64,000 nt of DNA from Phoronis australis (taxonomy: Eukaryota; Animalia; Phoronida), in assembly GCA_002633005.1 (NCBI GenBank), contig NMRA01000617.1, positions 149,682-213,681 of the forward strand, in the 5' to 3' direction. Position numbers and translations under genes: made by a program. Positions 12,046 to 25,100 of the stretch are shown one piece after another; position 1 is the stretch's first letter, and each line of letters opens with the position of its first letter. The notes beneath the pieces were generated by a model that searched no databases, was not told the origin of the DNA, and saw nothing but the letters and a program-made list of their open reading frames with translations.

Positions 12046-13109
12046 TAACCGACTTTCAAATGTCAAACAATATTACTAACATTGGTCAAACGGTTTGCAG
12101 CCTTTCCCGTCGGTTATCTATACATTTTCAAAATGGCGCCATCCAAGATCATTTTCTCCAATGTCACCCGTCAAGAAATCGTGGAAAACACGTCAATTCG
12201 GCACGTATAGCACGATGTGATGCGATTGAAAGTATTAGATTCCCTTTTGATTGCATTTGAGAAGCCTGTTTTGAATGAGCAGCAAATAGGGTCGCACCGC
12301 ATGTTACACTTGTTGGCGTGACTTTTCTGTTACCCCCCCCCCCTTCATTAGTCATTCTTTGCAGTATTTCACTCTCGCCGTGTCCCACTGTGAATGTCTC
12401 CCGCTTATGCTCTGTGGTGGCATTACTGCGTCATTTTATATTAACTTCAGAATGAAATAAGTATGTTTCGAAATACCATGAACCTTTTAATTATGTCGCT
12501 AGGTCAGTTACTTCATCTATGTTCCGTTGAGAGTAGAGTTTTATTCCGAACATATGAACAAAACGGAATAAAAGGCTGTCAACAATGAAAAGTGTCGTAT
12601 GTTCAGTCAGTAATGTATCATTGTATCAAAGTTAGATGAAAGCTGATTGTCAGTGTTAAAAACACCTGAATTCTTCCTTTTGGGAGGCCCTCTATGAATA
12701 CTTCGATATATATTTTCTCGCACTTGTATAATTTGTGACTAATGTTCATTAAGTGTGCGTGGATGTATGCGTGGAGTATCTTTCCTAATGTTAGATGGTT
12801 ATCAGCGACAGTAGATAAACAATACGTAACTATAATCAAACGCAAACTCGTAATACAATGGCTTTCGACTAAGCAGACGTCAGGGTCCCTACAACCAAAT
12901 GTGTCACAACAATAACAAACTAAGTAATAATCGGTCCAGTTGCTGTTCTTATCTTTCTTTTAAAAAACGATATTTAGCAACAAAAATGACTGAAAACTTA
13001 AATTTTGAGCTACACACCTCAGATTTACATGTGTGATTCATACACTGTAATTGCGGTCCAATTCCAAAGTTTCAGATCATTTGGTGCAACCATGGGATCA
13101 AAATTCTCA

Positions 13110-13410
13110 ACATTACTACACTTTTCAAGAACTTTACCATAATTGCACTACAAGGGCTCATAGTGCACCTGAAAGGGCCAAAATACTACAAGGGATATCC
13201 AATTTCATTCAACATGCATTCTTTTTATACAATTTCTATTCTACCGTGCCAACAGTTAGCCATCTGTGATTCAGCACGATCCACATTTTTTCTTTCTTGT
13301 ATAATTCTGCTATGGTGCACAAGCCACCGGAAAGGTTGTAAAGTTTCCAAAAAGTCTCCATCGCGCAGAGTCATTATTGTCATTTTCTGACAGTAATCTT
13401 TCTTGATTTA
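13110..13410 (+). mobile_element. 3' fragment of a HINE related to 8891-10150 (second copy at ~14600-14935)
   Basis: CGCGCAGAGTCATTATTGTCATTTTCTGACAGTAATCTTTCTTGATTT matches the subTIR, stem-loop and terminus of the 8891 element. TCATAGTGCACCTGAAAGGGCCA matches its repeat core. Confidence 0.6.
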
Positions 13411-15432
13411 TACTCGTAATTTTAGCAAGTAGTCGTTATATTTAAATACAATTCCATGAGACCAGCAGCCATTAAATTAAAGTCCTTGTTGCAAACTGCC
13501 CATGTGGTTCCAGTATCCGAAAATACTTACTACATAAATTCTTATTTTCGACACCCTTTCTTTATATTCTTTTCGCCTTTCTTGCCAAAAGCGATTTTGT
13601 AACAGTATTTGACCCTTCTCTCTGAGCGTATGGTTACCGGTTGTCATCGGTTATTTCCGTACCCACATTTCCGGCTCATCAGTTCAGGAACTTGTCCTGA
13701 ACGCCGCCATTTTTACCTTGTAACTGAATGTGCTATGGCTTGCTCGAAAAGTCTTCATTATTTTGTTTTATTAGTAATATNATCTTTTGGGAATTTGTGG
13801 CCACCTGTCGAAGACTTGCACCAGGGAAATTAGCAGTAATAAGGCTTAGCGCGACGATGTATTTTGATAAAAATTCCATCTTTTACCATTTGTTTACATG
13901 CAGACAGCCACGCATGCGCAATTCAATCACCACTAGTACAGCAGCGACACCGCGAGGAGAATTCTCCGAATAGCCCCATTATGTCGCTAGGTCAGTTACT
14001 TCATCTATGTTCCGTTGAGAGTAGAGTTTTATTCCGAACATATGAACGAAACGGAATAAAGACTGTCAACAATGAAAAGTGTCGTGTGTTCAGTCAGTAA
14101 TGTATCATTGTATCAAAGTTAGATGAAAGCTGATTGTCAGTGTTAAAAACACCTGAATTTTTCCTTTTGGGAGGCGCTCTATACTTCGATATATATTTTC
14201 TCGCACTTGTATAATTAGTGACTAATGTTCATTAAGTGTGCGTGGGTGTATGAGTGGAGTATCTTTCCTAATTTTAGATGGTTATCAGCGACAGTAGATA
14301 AACAAACACTAAAGTGCAGTGAAATACGTAACTATAATCAAACGCAAACTCGTAATACAATGGCTTTCGACTAAGCAGACGTCTCAACAGGGTTCCCACA
14401 ACCAGATGTGTCACAACAATAACAAACTAAGTAATAATTGGTCCAGTTGCTGTTCTTATCTTTCTTTTAAAAACAATATTTAGCAACAAAAAATGACTGA
14501 AAACTTTTGAGCTACACACCTCAGATTTACATGTGTGATTCATACACTGTAATTGCGGTCCAATTCCAAAGTTTCATTTCATTTGGTGCAACCATGGGAT
14601 CATTATGTGCACTTTCCTTCTGAAAAAATTCTCAACATTAATTACACTTTTCAAGAACTTTACCACAATTGCACTACAAGGGCTCATAGTGCACCTGAAA
14701 GGGCCAAACTACTACAAGAGATATCTAATTTCATTCAACATGCATTCTTTTTATACAATTTCTATTCTACCGTGCCAACAGTTAGCCATCTGTGATTCAG
14801 CACGATCCACATTTTTTCTTTCTTGTATAATTCTGCTATGGTGCACAAGCCACCGGAAAGGTTGTAAAGTTTCCAAAAAGTCTCCATCGCGCAGAGTCAT
14901 TATTGTCATTTTCTGACAGTAATCTTTCTTGATTTACACTCGTAATTTTAGCAAGTAGTCGTTATATTTAAATACAATTCCATGAGACCAGCAGCCATTA
15001 AATTAATACGCAGTCGATATTGTTTTTGTGGTGCAAATGGTTTTTTATTCAAATGTCTTGAATAAAGAATGAGTGATTTAACACCACCTGTTAGCAATAA
15101 TTCTACAACATTCCCCCCGAAAACCGTTTTGAACCTATGTTTTTGCAATGTCATGTGTCATCTGCCCGCACTTTTAGAGTAAGAGAATAAAACTTGGCCT
15201 AAATATTAAGAAACATGGTAATTTTAACAAATAAAATAAAAGCATTGTCAGGCAACCAGCCAGATTTTCATTTAGTACCCCAATAAGTACTGAAATAGAC
15301 CACATTCAAATGCCTAGCATGGCTAAGGCAGCAAGTAATTTCAGTAAGGCTACGATATTTTTCGATCTTTGCATTTGTGTAATTTGCACCTGAGATTTTA
15401 CCTTCTGAATACTTCATAACATGCGCAAAATA

Positions 15433-15522
15433 TGAGCGTAAAATTACGAGTGTAAAAAAGAGCGTAAAATTAAGAACGTAAAATTACAAGCAAAGATAGA
15501 AGCGTTAAATTACGAGCGTACA
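15433..15522 (+). repeat. Degenerate 14-bp minisatellite (GAGCGTAAAATTAC)
   Basis: About six imperfect tandem copies, plus a further copy at ~15613. Confidence 0.65.
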
Positions 15523-18500
15523 AATGCTTCAGAGCTCACGTGACTTACAGACTGATTTCTCATAGGATATAATGATTACGGTAGTGAAGCATGAGCGAAG
15601 CCCCTGTCATAGTTACGAGCGTAATTACTCCTGACATTTTCACCCGAACGACCCACGTTAGGAGGCAGCTTCGCTCGTGACCTGTTTAGCCAGTCGATAG
15701 AGATAAAACGTCTTCGCACTTACTTCAAGTTGCAAGCCATCCACGACGCTAAAACAAAGCAGAAAGGCGATTTTTAGACGATCATGTGAACGGTGTGTAT
15801 CTACGTTAAGAAAACAAAGGGTTCGCATATCACATGAAAGTGCCTTACCTTGTTTTTAGGGACGGGTGCCAAAGGTGTGTTTGGTCACGACGAGAGTTGA
15901 TTTCATTGATTGTGTGCCTCGATTGGAACCGAACAACGTTTAGTTCTCGGCTATGATAGGTCAGGCATCAATAATTTCACCCCCATGGACTTTTCAAGTA
16001 GGTTTGAAGTCTAAATTTTAATATCATTGGCAGCATACTTTTGCTTATAACTTTTTAAACTTGCAGTTCATCTATGAATTAACCCCATGCCTGAAATCCT
16101 CAATTTTAACCACCAATGCTCAGGTTATTGTCCACTCCTAATTTATGTGACCACGACTTCCTTACAAGTGCCTGTTTCTTTGTCAACGCTTGGGTCAGAA
16201 GAATTTTATTTCTCAAAAAGTACGCAAGTTGCTAATGTTTTGAATAACAGCCAGTCACTTTAAAGGGTCCTTACTTTATTCGACCGGTACTGACAGAAAA
16301 TACCCATTCTTTCCTGCCATTTTGGGCTTGAAGTTAGCAACTAGCCCGCATAGTGCCTTAGAATTTTGCGGCGACTGTTATAAATCGTGGTTGTCGTTCA
16401 AATGTAACAGATAAATAAGGTCAGTGAAAGCAGTTCTTTGTGACCCCTCTTCTTAATATGCAACCGTCCTATTATTCCACGTATCGACCTCGATCTTCGG
16501 TCTCGGTCGATACGCGTAATAATGGCTCGTGGGATATTACTCCATGTACGCCATTCTCGGTACGTTTTGTGTATTTATTGCACCCTGCGAGCCACGTGAT
16601 TTATTTCATTTTTCAGCCCTCGTGAGCAAAACAACATAGAAATGTAGTATATACGCATAAAACAATGAGCTCGTGGGCAGCTCATTATGACGTTTAACGT
16701 TTGCATTGTAAGATTCAAAGAAGTGATGTGTGAAAAGCTTGGTGATACTACTCAACAACTGTGCTTGATTACTATATTCTAGGCGGTGAGAACCTTACTA
16801 AACTGACAACGTTATATTTGACTCGTGCATGTGACGTGTAGCTCCCTATAGTCTATGATTTCACTAGTCGGTAACTAACCAACCCTAAGGGTTGAAAGTC
16901 CGCACGGTGAAAGTTGAGAATCAAGTGCCATACATAGGACCTATCACATTCGAAATGCACGTCAAATATTAACCTGTACACATCGAAATTGAGATCGTGT
17001 GAACACATTTATGTCCAGAATTAGTTCGAATTGTACGCCAAATAATAACCTGTTTACAGAGCTGAGTATTGGCTATGATTTCAGTAATTAATTTACGGTT
17101 AATTTTCCATGTTAAGTTACCCACATTGCGGTTACTAGGTACGACATCCATTCAAAAGTCCTTATTTCCTTATCTTACAAATGTACGACCTGGCTCCAAC
17201 AGCTTTCTGACAGTTGGACTGTCACCACCGTCTGAAATACGTTTCAGTGAATATTGACAAAATGATTACGAAAGGGTATCTACCATTTGACAATTTTCAA
17301 CATATTCTTCGTCTTTGGAGTTTTCATCAACCGAACTGCATTGTGCCTCGACTTATTCATAGATCGTTCTTGGTAATACCTGAGCGTTCTTATCGTTTAT
17401 GAGATAGTCCCGGGAGCGAAAGTTGAAGCGGGTATGCATTCAGTAGAGGCGAGAATCTCGTGAAAACGAAAGAACATGCGAGACTTCGCGAGATAGTGCC
17501 ATGTTGTATTACAAGCGAAGCACTTGATAATGGGAGCTTCCTTTGCGAGATTCTTGTGTCTAAAAAGCTCTGCAAATGTTGCAGGCAATGTTATGCCCGA
17601 AGAGTTTTCTCCACAGTAGCAAAAGTTGGCCTCTTGGAAAATGCTGAGTGCAAAAAGATTTCCATCATAGGAACGTTTCGTGGGACGATCATAGTGTTCG
17701 CCTGAGCCCTGGTTGACTGGAAATAATAGTTTGAATGACTTGTCGAAACCGTCAATTGTCCTTGTTTGCAAGACGTCGCTGAATATTAAATATATTATGT
17801 TTAATGGATACCGTTTCTTGAGCAATTTCATTTTTTTTGTCAAAAATATGTACACATTAATTATATTCTAAAATCTCTCAGCACAGAAATTTTTAATTAG
17901 TTGTATTGCAGCCATTTACTGCTATTTACCAGGAAATCCTCAATCTCCTACCTTAATTGCACTCCCCTTTCCCCCCTCACCTTGTTTTTCTTCAAATCGG
18001 AGGTTATAATCTTTCCTCCCCTTCCTCCGACCTCATTTCCATTGCCCAATCTTTTATATCTCTTGCTCTGTTCATTACTGTCCTATTGTCCAACATTTCT
18101 GTGGCGCTTTTTATAGCCCATAATTCCAGATAAAATGTTTTTACTTTTATATATTTATTTTCTTATATTGTTGAATCACTATTCTAGTCATCTGATTGCT
18201 CCAAATTTTGGTCTCCTTTTTCATCTCTGGAAACGAGCTTGCAACGCAAAATTTTTGTCTAGTTCAGTGCCGAACATATTTCACTCGTTGGATATGTTTA
18301 TGTGTCAGCATTTGGACTTTTTCTACATTACACCTCCTTGGCCTGGTATCCAATTCTTATGTGCAGTGTTGTAGTCCACGGGCCTTGAGATTGGTCATCT
18401 TTTGGCACCCATAGGCTGATAATTGTCACGTGCCTTTAGAAATTTCTTTTTTTCTAACAGCCACGTGTTTCAATACTATTTCATTATTCCTGCAATTCGG

Positions 18501-18933
18501 GCTTGCGAGTTTCTCTCTAACATGTTTCCCTCTCACTCCTCAAGGGTTTTTCTCGCCCTTCCGTGTTGCGGGTTTTACTGCTCATCTTTCCAAAGACAAG
18601 GTTATTTTACTACTAAATATCTATTTTCTTTCACTGCTTTGTTGAACTATTCTAGGCACAATCAGAGACCTATTTACGCCAATCTTCGGAAACGAGCTTG
18701 CGACGCACGGTTTTTGACTCATGCAGTGTCGAGCATAAGAGTTAAATGTTTTAAACGTATTAGTGACGACCAGGCTTTCTACTCTAAGAGTTTTTTCACT
18801 AGGCCTACGTTGTTGAAATAAATTAATGGACAAATGCGAACATACGAAGGAACGCATTCATTGGTGTTCTGGCGCTGCAGATGCTCATCTTGGGTATTTT
18901 TTCCAACAGGGCAAGGTCCGAGTTTCTCAGAGA

Positions 18934-19113
18934 ATGAAAGGTGCTACCGGTCCAGCCTTTTATGTGGTCAGTTTACAACTGTCAATTGTACTGGTGGCGA
19001 CCTCTCCTATTGAGAACTACGTGGCTCTGATTGACGCCGGAAGTTCCGGAAGTCGCATGCATGTGTTCAAATGGAAGCCACGACACGTGGCTGATGGTAA
19101 CGGAGTACCAGAC
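18934..19113 (+). CDS. NTPDase coding exon 1 (signal peptide + ACR1)
   Basis: MKGATGPAFYVVSLQLSIVLVATSPIENYVALIDAGSSGSRMHVFKW...; donor GAC|GTAAGA. An upstream acceptor at 18909 suggests a further 5'UTR exon. Confidence 0.9.
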
Positions 19114-22100
19114 GTAAGAGTTTCATCTCACACACTATTCAAATTATGTTTAGAAAACAACGCAAGAGCTTTGAAGCCAGCCTCGAACGGATTGTCATTC
19201 TGGGTGCATTGTGCTATCCAGTAATTATGGACCGTTCTAGCAGTGCTTTGGCAATACTCAAAAAACACCAGTTTTAATTTGTGTATTTTAAAATACTCAA
19301 ATACAGGTACGTAAAATGATAAGTGAAAGGGTCTTTTCGCGTCATACTGCGTCACCGCGAGAAAACAGAAAACAAAAACGACCGATGGTATGCAGTTGAT
19401 GTTACCAAAAATTGCCAGTAGAAACATTTGTCTGCCACTGCATGGTACACAGTATTCAATAAAACACCAACGTGAGCTGTGAAGATTCTCGAGGTAAAGT
19501 ATACGAGAATCTTTCATTACTCTAAGCAATTTATGACTGCAGTGTGGTAAGAGGGGTAAATTTACGGGTGTTGCTGTTCACGGCAGGCTAAATTTAAATC
19601 CTGCTTCGTACCCACTCTCATGCAAGTGCCTTTTGCAATACGAATTTAGAACAGTAGACTAACATTCTTTCTAGACCACAAGAATTTGTTACCCAAAAGT
19701 TAGTAAGACAGGACTAGCGAACAGATTAATTAAAGTTGTTCGGATTACGTAAGGGCAATGCGAAAGTTAAGTCCTGACGCTACTGGTATAATTTACTCCA
19801 GCGCGGAGTTCTTCCCGCCATTTCGTGCACGTTGTGTCATCGGCTACTCATTGTACAACTTTTAAGAAAACGACGTACTTTTGAAATCACGTAACTTTAT
19901 ACAAATTGACCAAAATTGTTCCCGATGGATATTATGGCAAATCTCATACCTATCCTGCAGTTTTCGCAAATTTGTCAAGTACATTTTGGGTGCTCCCAAC
20001 TGCTAAGGAAGGACGAGGCTTAAGAAGTGTTATAAATTTGGGAGGCTTTTTCAATAGGCCTTCAATTCAGGGGTAATAATAATTTTCATTGTAGCCATTA
20101 TCCAATGCCGTGATTCAGTGTCAATTTCAAATCTCCATTTCAAGTGTACTCGATTTTTAGCAATGAAAACATTCCCCACGACTGGACACGGGCCACTTAA
20201 CTTCCAGAGAGAAAAATTTACAACTGGAGTCCCTTTACCACGGAAGACCTCACAAGTCTTCGTGAGACATCGCTATGCAGTAAGGAGTCTTGGCAATTAC
20301 GTCATTGGGCAAAGGTCACAATTCGAGAGTCTGATTCTGACCTTATCACTGAGTCAATGAAATCTGACACCTGAAAAGGCATAACGGACAGAAAGTACAC
20401 TATATGGGGTTTCTCAAAGGTGAAGAAATTCAACAAAACCATGTCGTTTCACCTTGGTACGTTCACCGGAAAAATGAGATCCCAAAATGACCAAAAAAGT
20501 GCGATTTTGGCCCCTTTACACCTAAAATCACAACTTACTCGGTGCGAGAGTGGAAACTATAATCCGAATGTTCTTTCACTCTCGATTCCAGAAATTAAGG
20601 TTAAAATATGTCATTACGAACAAGATTTTTGACAATTTCCTCTTGTCTGAATGGTACCTCAATTCGCGTTGAACAATTCCATACTGAACAAGAATGTGCT
20701 CTCCAAATGCTGGCACTTCCACATCCGAGTAGATGAGCAGAGGCCAAATTTCTGTGCTCAGTTTACTCGAAACAACTTCAAGGATCTACTGAATACCATT
20801 CGTAGCAATTACTTCCCATTTAGTCTACAAACCTAACCCACACCAAAAGCTCTTCATTTTTGTGGTACCAACAAAGCCCAAACCGTGACCATCAATACCC
20901 AGAAGTGCGCCATGTTGGAGGACAAGCAATCATGGCGGTGGTCAAGGATAGCTAGGCAAGTTATCGTGAGATGTTAGCGCTGCTAGTGATTGGCTTACGT
21001 ACGACCACTACTGACATTTATCGGGGGCATTAAAACACATAAAGCTCCGACATTGGAACGGCGGGGAAAATCGAGACGGTGAAAAATAGAAATGGGGGAA
21101 CAAAGACACGGGGAACATATTGGTTTTAGATCGATGATTTTGCCGTGCTGAACATCCAAGCTTAAAAAATTTCAACTCAAGTGATCAATTAATTTGTGAA
21201 ATAAACTCATAATAATAGATCCAGAAACCCTCAGTATTCCAATTCCAAAAGTTTACACCGATTTCAACTACATTTTCATACTCCACGGAACGTTTGCTTT
21301 CGACCTTGAGTTCAAAACCTACGCCACGCAAAATAGAAGTACCGGCAATTGATCAATTTTGCTGCATTGCGCCAATAAAATAGGCCCAATAAAGAGGTGT
21401 GAAAGTTGTTTTTATGTGAAAATAAAGTCAAACTTCTGGACTCCGGATGAAGAACTTTTAGTTTTTCGCCAAGTCTTTTTGTAAATTTCTTTAAATGAAA
21501 ATAAAAATTCTCCGTCCGGTTTTGAGAGCCCCAACCTACTTCTAAATAATGCAACAATGGTTATACAAATGTAACTAAAGTGCGGGTGCAAAGATAAAAC
21601 AGTGAAATAATTAGAATATTCCCTATGTTTTAGCACAAAAACCTAAAAATTGTTCAACTTTGTTTTTTATAACTGTTACAATGTTTATCAAAATGTAGCA
21701 CAGTTAAATCTTAACCGATAACAAACTAGTCGGTTGAACTTGTCGTTCAGTTCAGCAAAAGTTGGAATCTTGTAGTTGCCGCAATTGTGAGCCCTTTATC
21801 ATAATTCAACAAATAACATCTGCATGACTAAATTCAGGTGAAAAATATTGAATCGTACAGAATAGTAGGTAAAATATACATCTCACTAAATTTCACAGTA
21901 AAATAATTTATAGTGGTTTTAAACTCGTAACTTATGCCACGACTGTTGTCCTAAATGGCCGACCCGGTCCAAACAAATTACCCAAATTTCGCCACAAAGT
22001 TGCAATATTTCTTTACTGCGTAACCCGATTTTGCTATATCTCTCCTATGATATTGAAGAATTTCTTCAAAATGAAAAAATAATGGGTTCGAGAACTATTC

Positions 22101-25100
22101 CTTCTTTTCCCGTAATGGTTATCACACCTGCTCAAGCAGCTAACTATTGCACAAATATTCACCATGTTTATTCTGAGTAAACTCTGACGAGGATTCAGCT
22201 AAGAAATGTTTCACGATTCCATAACTTACTGAAAAGTTTGTCCTCTAACATGGCGCCTTGATATGATTGAAGGCGCAATTGACCTGACAGCTTAACTGAC
22301 CAATCAGAATGCAACTTTCTTGACACACCTTCATCTGCGTATCGAAGCTGCCATTTTACCCGACAAACAGCACGTTGTAGGTGACATTTCAAAAGGAGGC
22401 GGAGCTTGCGATAGATCAGTTAGCAAAGCACGTGATGACTACTGCTATTCACACGGGTGTCTTACTAGGTCTTAAGAGCTCAGGAGACAGCACCACCGCA
22501 TTAACTGCACCCAGTAGAAACGGTGGCCATCCCATAGGCCCTCAACACGCCGGATGAAGCTTTTCGGCGAATTATGCCTTACTCTGATCAAACCACACAA
22601 GTCGTGTTGCTATATTTCTTTCTACGCGCCTTCGCCAAAAGGATTTTTTATATTATACTACAGCAAATTTCAGTCGTAAAAATGTCAATTTCTCCTAATC
22701 AAGACTCAAATGGCTAAACCGATCACCGCCATCTTGAGGCTCTGGGACGAGGCTGTTTGGTGTACAAGCGTTCAGCGCCACCTACTACAGGTCTCGTGTA
22801 ATGCGGACGGGAGGTTTCAACCTACTGGTATAAAAGGTGTTTTAACACCTTTCCACCCATTATGATATCGGTAAATGTCCACTGCTGTGAGGTGGGATGT
22901 CCTAATGTCTTACGAAAAAACCCAAACCCTTTGAAATATCAAGGACATCGTGTTTCATACATTTCCCATTGCGAACAAACATCGACAAAACCGACGGCTG
23001 CGGCTGATAACGCGGCAGAATTTCGATCCCAGCTGGTGCCTAAAAGCAAGCTCAGATAAAAACGTGAACTTAAACTAACCAAAAAAATGGATAGGGATGA
23101 CTTTGGAATTTATTATGCTGCTTTTGTAGAGATGTAGTATTTGATTTTCTACTTATTCACCAAATTTGAGTCGGGATCAATTGGAAGTCACTTTCGTGCT
23201 CTCATTATTCTAGAGAGCGCACATATGAAAAATCCCCTGTTATTTGCAAACGTATTATCCTATACTTAGATTACAGAGATTGGAAACGAAAAGAAGAAGC
23301 CTGGTCTCAGTTCACTCGCCGGCAACTTAAAGGGGGTTGAGGAACACCTGATGTCTCTGGTAGAGTTCGCAAAAAAGAAAGTGCCAGATTCCCGCCAAGC
23401 TGATACTCCAATATATCTAATGGCTACAGCAGGTTCGTGCATTTGTTAATAGTTTAATATTTTTCGACCATTTCCCAAAATGGATTACACAAGAAATATA
23501 AATGCAAGAACCTTTTTTCGTTCAAGCCACTCTAATATCACGTGAACTGTAAATAGTCAAGGATCAGATTTATTATCTACCTGTGATTGGAATTTTCCCT
23601 CTCAGACATTGTCTCGGAATTTAAAATATGCAGGTTCTACCCATTTTGAGCAACAGAACCTCCAAAGGCTACTGTCTAACACAATTCATGTTACAGTGTC
23701 TATTTTCCCTGAGGACACTATGCCGGAGACACTTGGCGACTGCCGGGCAGTGGCATCGTTGTTGAATATCGGGTATGACGGAGAGCCCAATTACACAGAT
23801 GTACTAAGTACAGGCCTTTGCAACACCAGTACAAAGGATGTGCCATCCATTTTCGTCATGGTCAGAGCACGAATTCAGAAAAGAGCGTCTCTTCTGTCCC
23901 AGCTATCCGTAGCAATGCTCGAGTACGCCAATGCGATCTCTGTTTGGCAACCTGGGAAAATCCCAAGTCGCCACGACGTAGCCACTCCGAGTATCAAAGT
24001 CAGACAATAATTCCCCCGAAATTCGTTTCAAAGTTTGTGTTTGATTCCAAACTTTAAATTACTAACAGTTTTCGTAGATTTGATAGCTTTGGTTCACAAT
24101 TGCTCCGTTTATTTCGTGAAATCACAACATTCAGCACGCATCAACCACGTGCTGAAATTACAACAGCGAACAGACGGAAGTCGGAATTACTCGGCAAAAA
24201 TCAGGCAAGTCCGGTGAAACAAGCGCTTCCAGTGTATGCAATCCACTGCGTTCTATCTTCATTGGCAAGAGGGAATTGAGTTAGAGATTGAATGAGATAT
24301 ATTTTTACGGGAAGAATTTGAAGAGTTATGCGTAAGTTTTATCAAACGACAAGACACATTTTTTTCCTTTCAGTCGACAATTTCGACGTCAGTTTTGGAG
24401 ACCTCAGATTTCCTTTGGCGACCACCTGAGATTTTCGCTAAGTCGCCAAATGCGATTTAGCGTCAAGCTAAGTGTCGGGCACTGCGTAGATTGCTTTTGA
24501 TCAGAAAGTCATAACACAATAGACTATTTGAGAGTCAGCCCCCTAGTTCAACCTCCGAGGAAGTTGAGGGGCATTGGCCTCACAGATATTAGATAAAATT
24601 AAAGAAAAGAGAAAACACGTGACTTAAGAAAATCGAAGTATTTTTAACAAAATAGCTCCAAACGACTGCTGAAGTGTTTTCTGAGCCAAATTGTATGATT
24701 TTGTTCAACTTTGCGCATTTTAATCATGCTTCTTTAACGCAAATTATGTCACTACAAGTTGTACGGTAACTGTTGGTGATTCTACCTCATAGGTCTACGA
24801 CTTGTGGCGTACCAGAAGCGGAAGCAAATTTTTGCCGCAGTACACACGAGCTTTGAAAAGAAGGATTCTTGCCCGTTCAAATACCACCGGTCCAACTCTC
24901 GTATTCTCTCCGGAGAAGAAGAAGGTGTTTTCAGCTGGATCAGCGCCAATTTCCTTCTGGGGAGATTGACCAACACTAAGTAATGACTAATGTGCTGGTG
25001 TCAGTGCAATTGTTAAGACCCTCCGGAACACTATGACGTACTACTAAATACTCAAGGGTTGATGATGACTCTCCGGGTGTTGCTATGGGAATGCAGTTCA

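Larger units (their letters stand above)
11080..15006 (+). repeat. Tandem near-duplicate (11080-13480 vs 13783-15006) across a single-N join; probably uncollapsed haplotypes
   Basis: The copies are colinear and highly similar, with small indels. Copy 1 has 11271-12489 where copy 2 has only CCCC. The N is at 13781. Confidence 0.85.

Noticed and set aside
20640-20915. Possible Harbinger transposase 5' remnant on the minus strand
   Set aside because: Too degenerate; no diagnostic motif could be read with confidence.
23609-24010. 133-aa ORF in NTPDase intron 2
   Set aside because: Non-ATG start and no motif. It lies near a hAT-like terminus (~24400-24484) and is probably TE interior.
24974-24985. 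Apparent mutated donor (A|CTAAGT) suggesting the NTPDase is a pseudogene
   Set aside because: The adjacent AA|GTAATG donor gives exactly the phase exon 4 needs, so the frame is intact.
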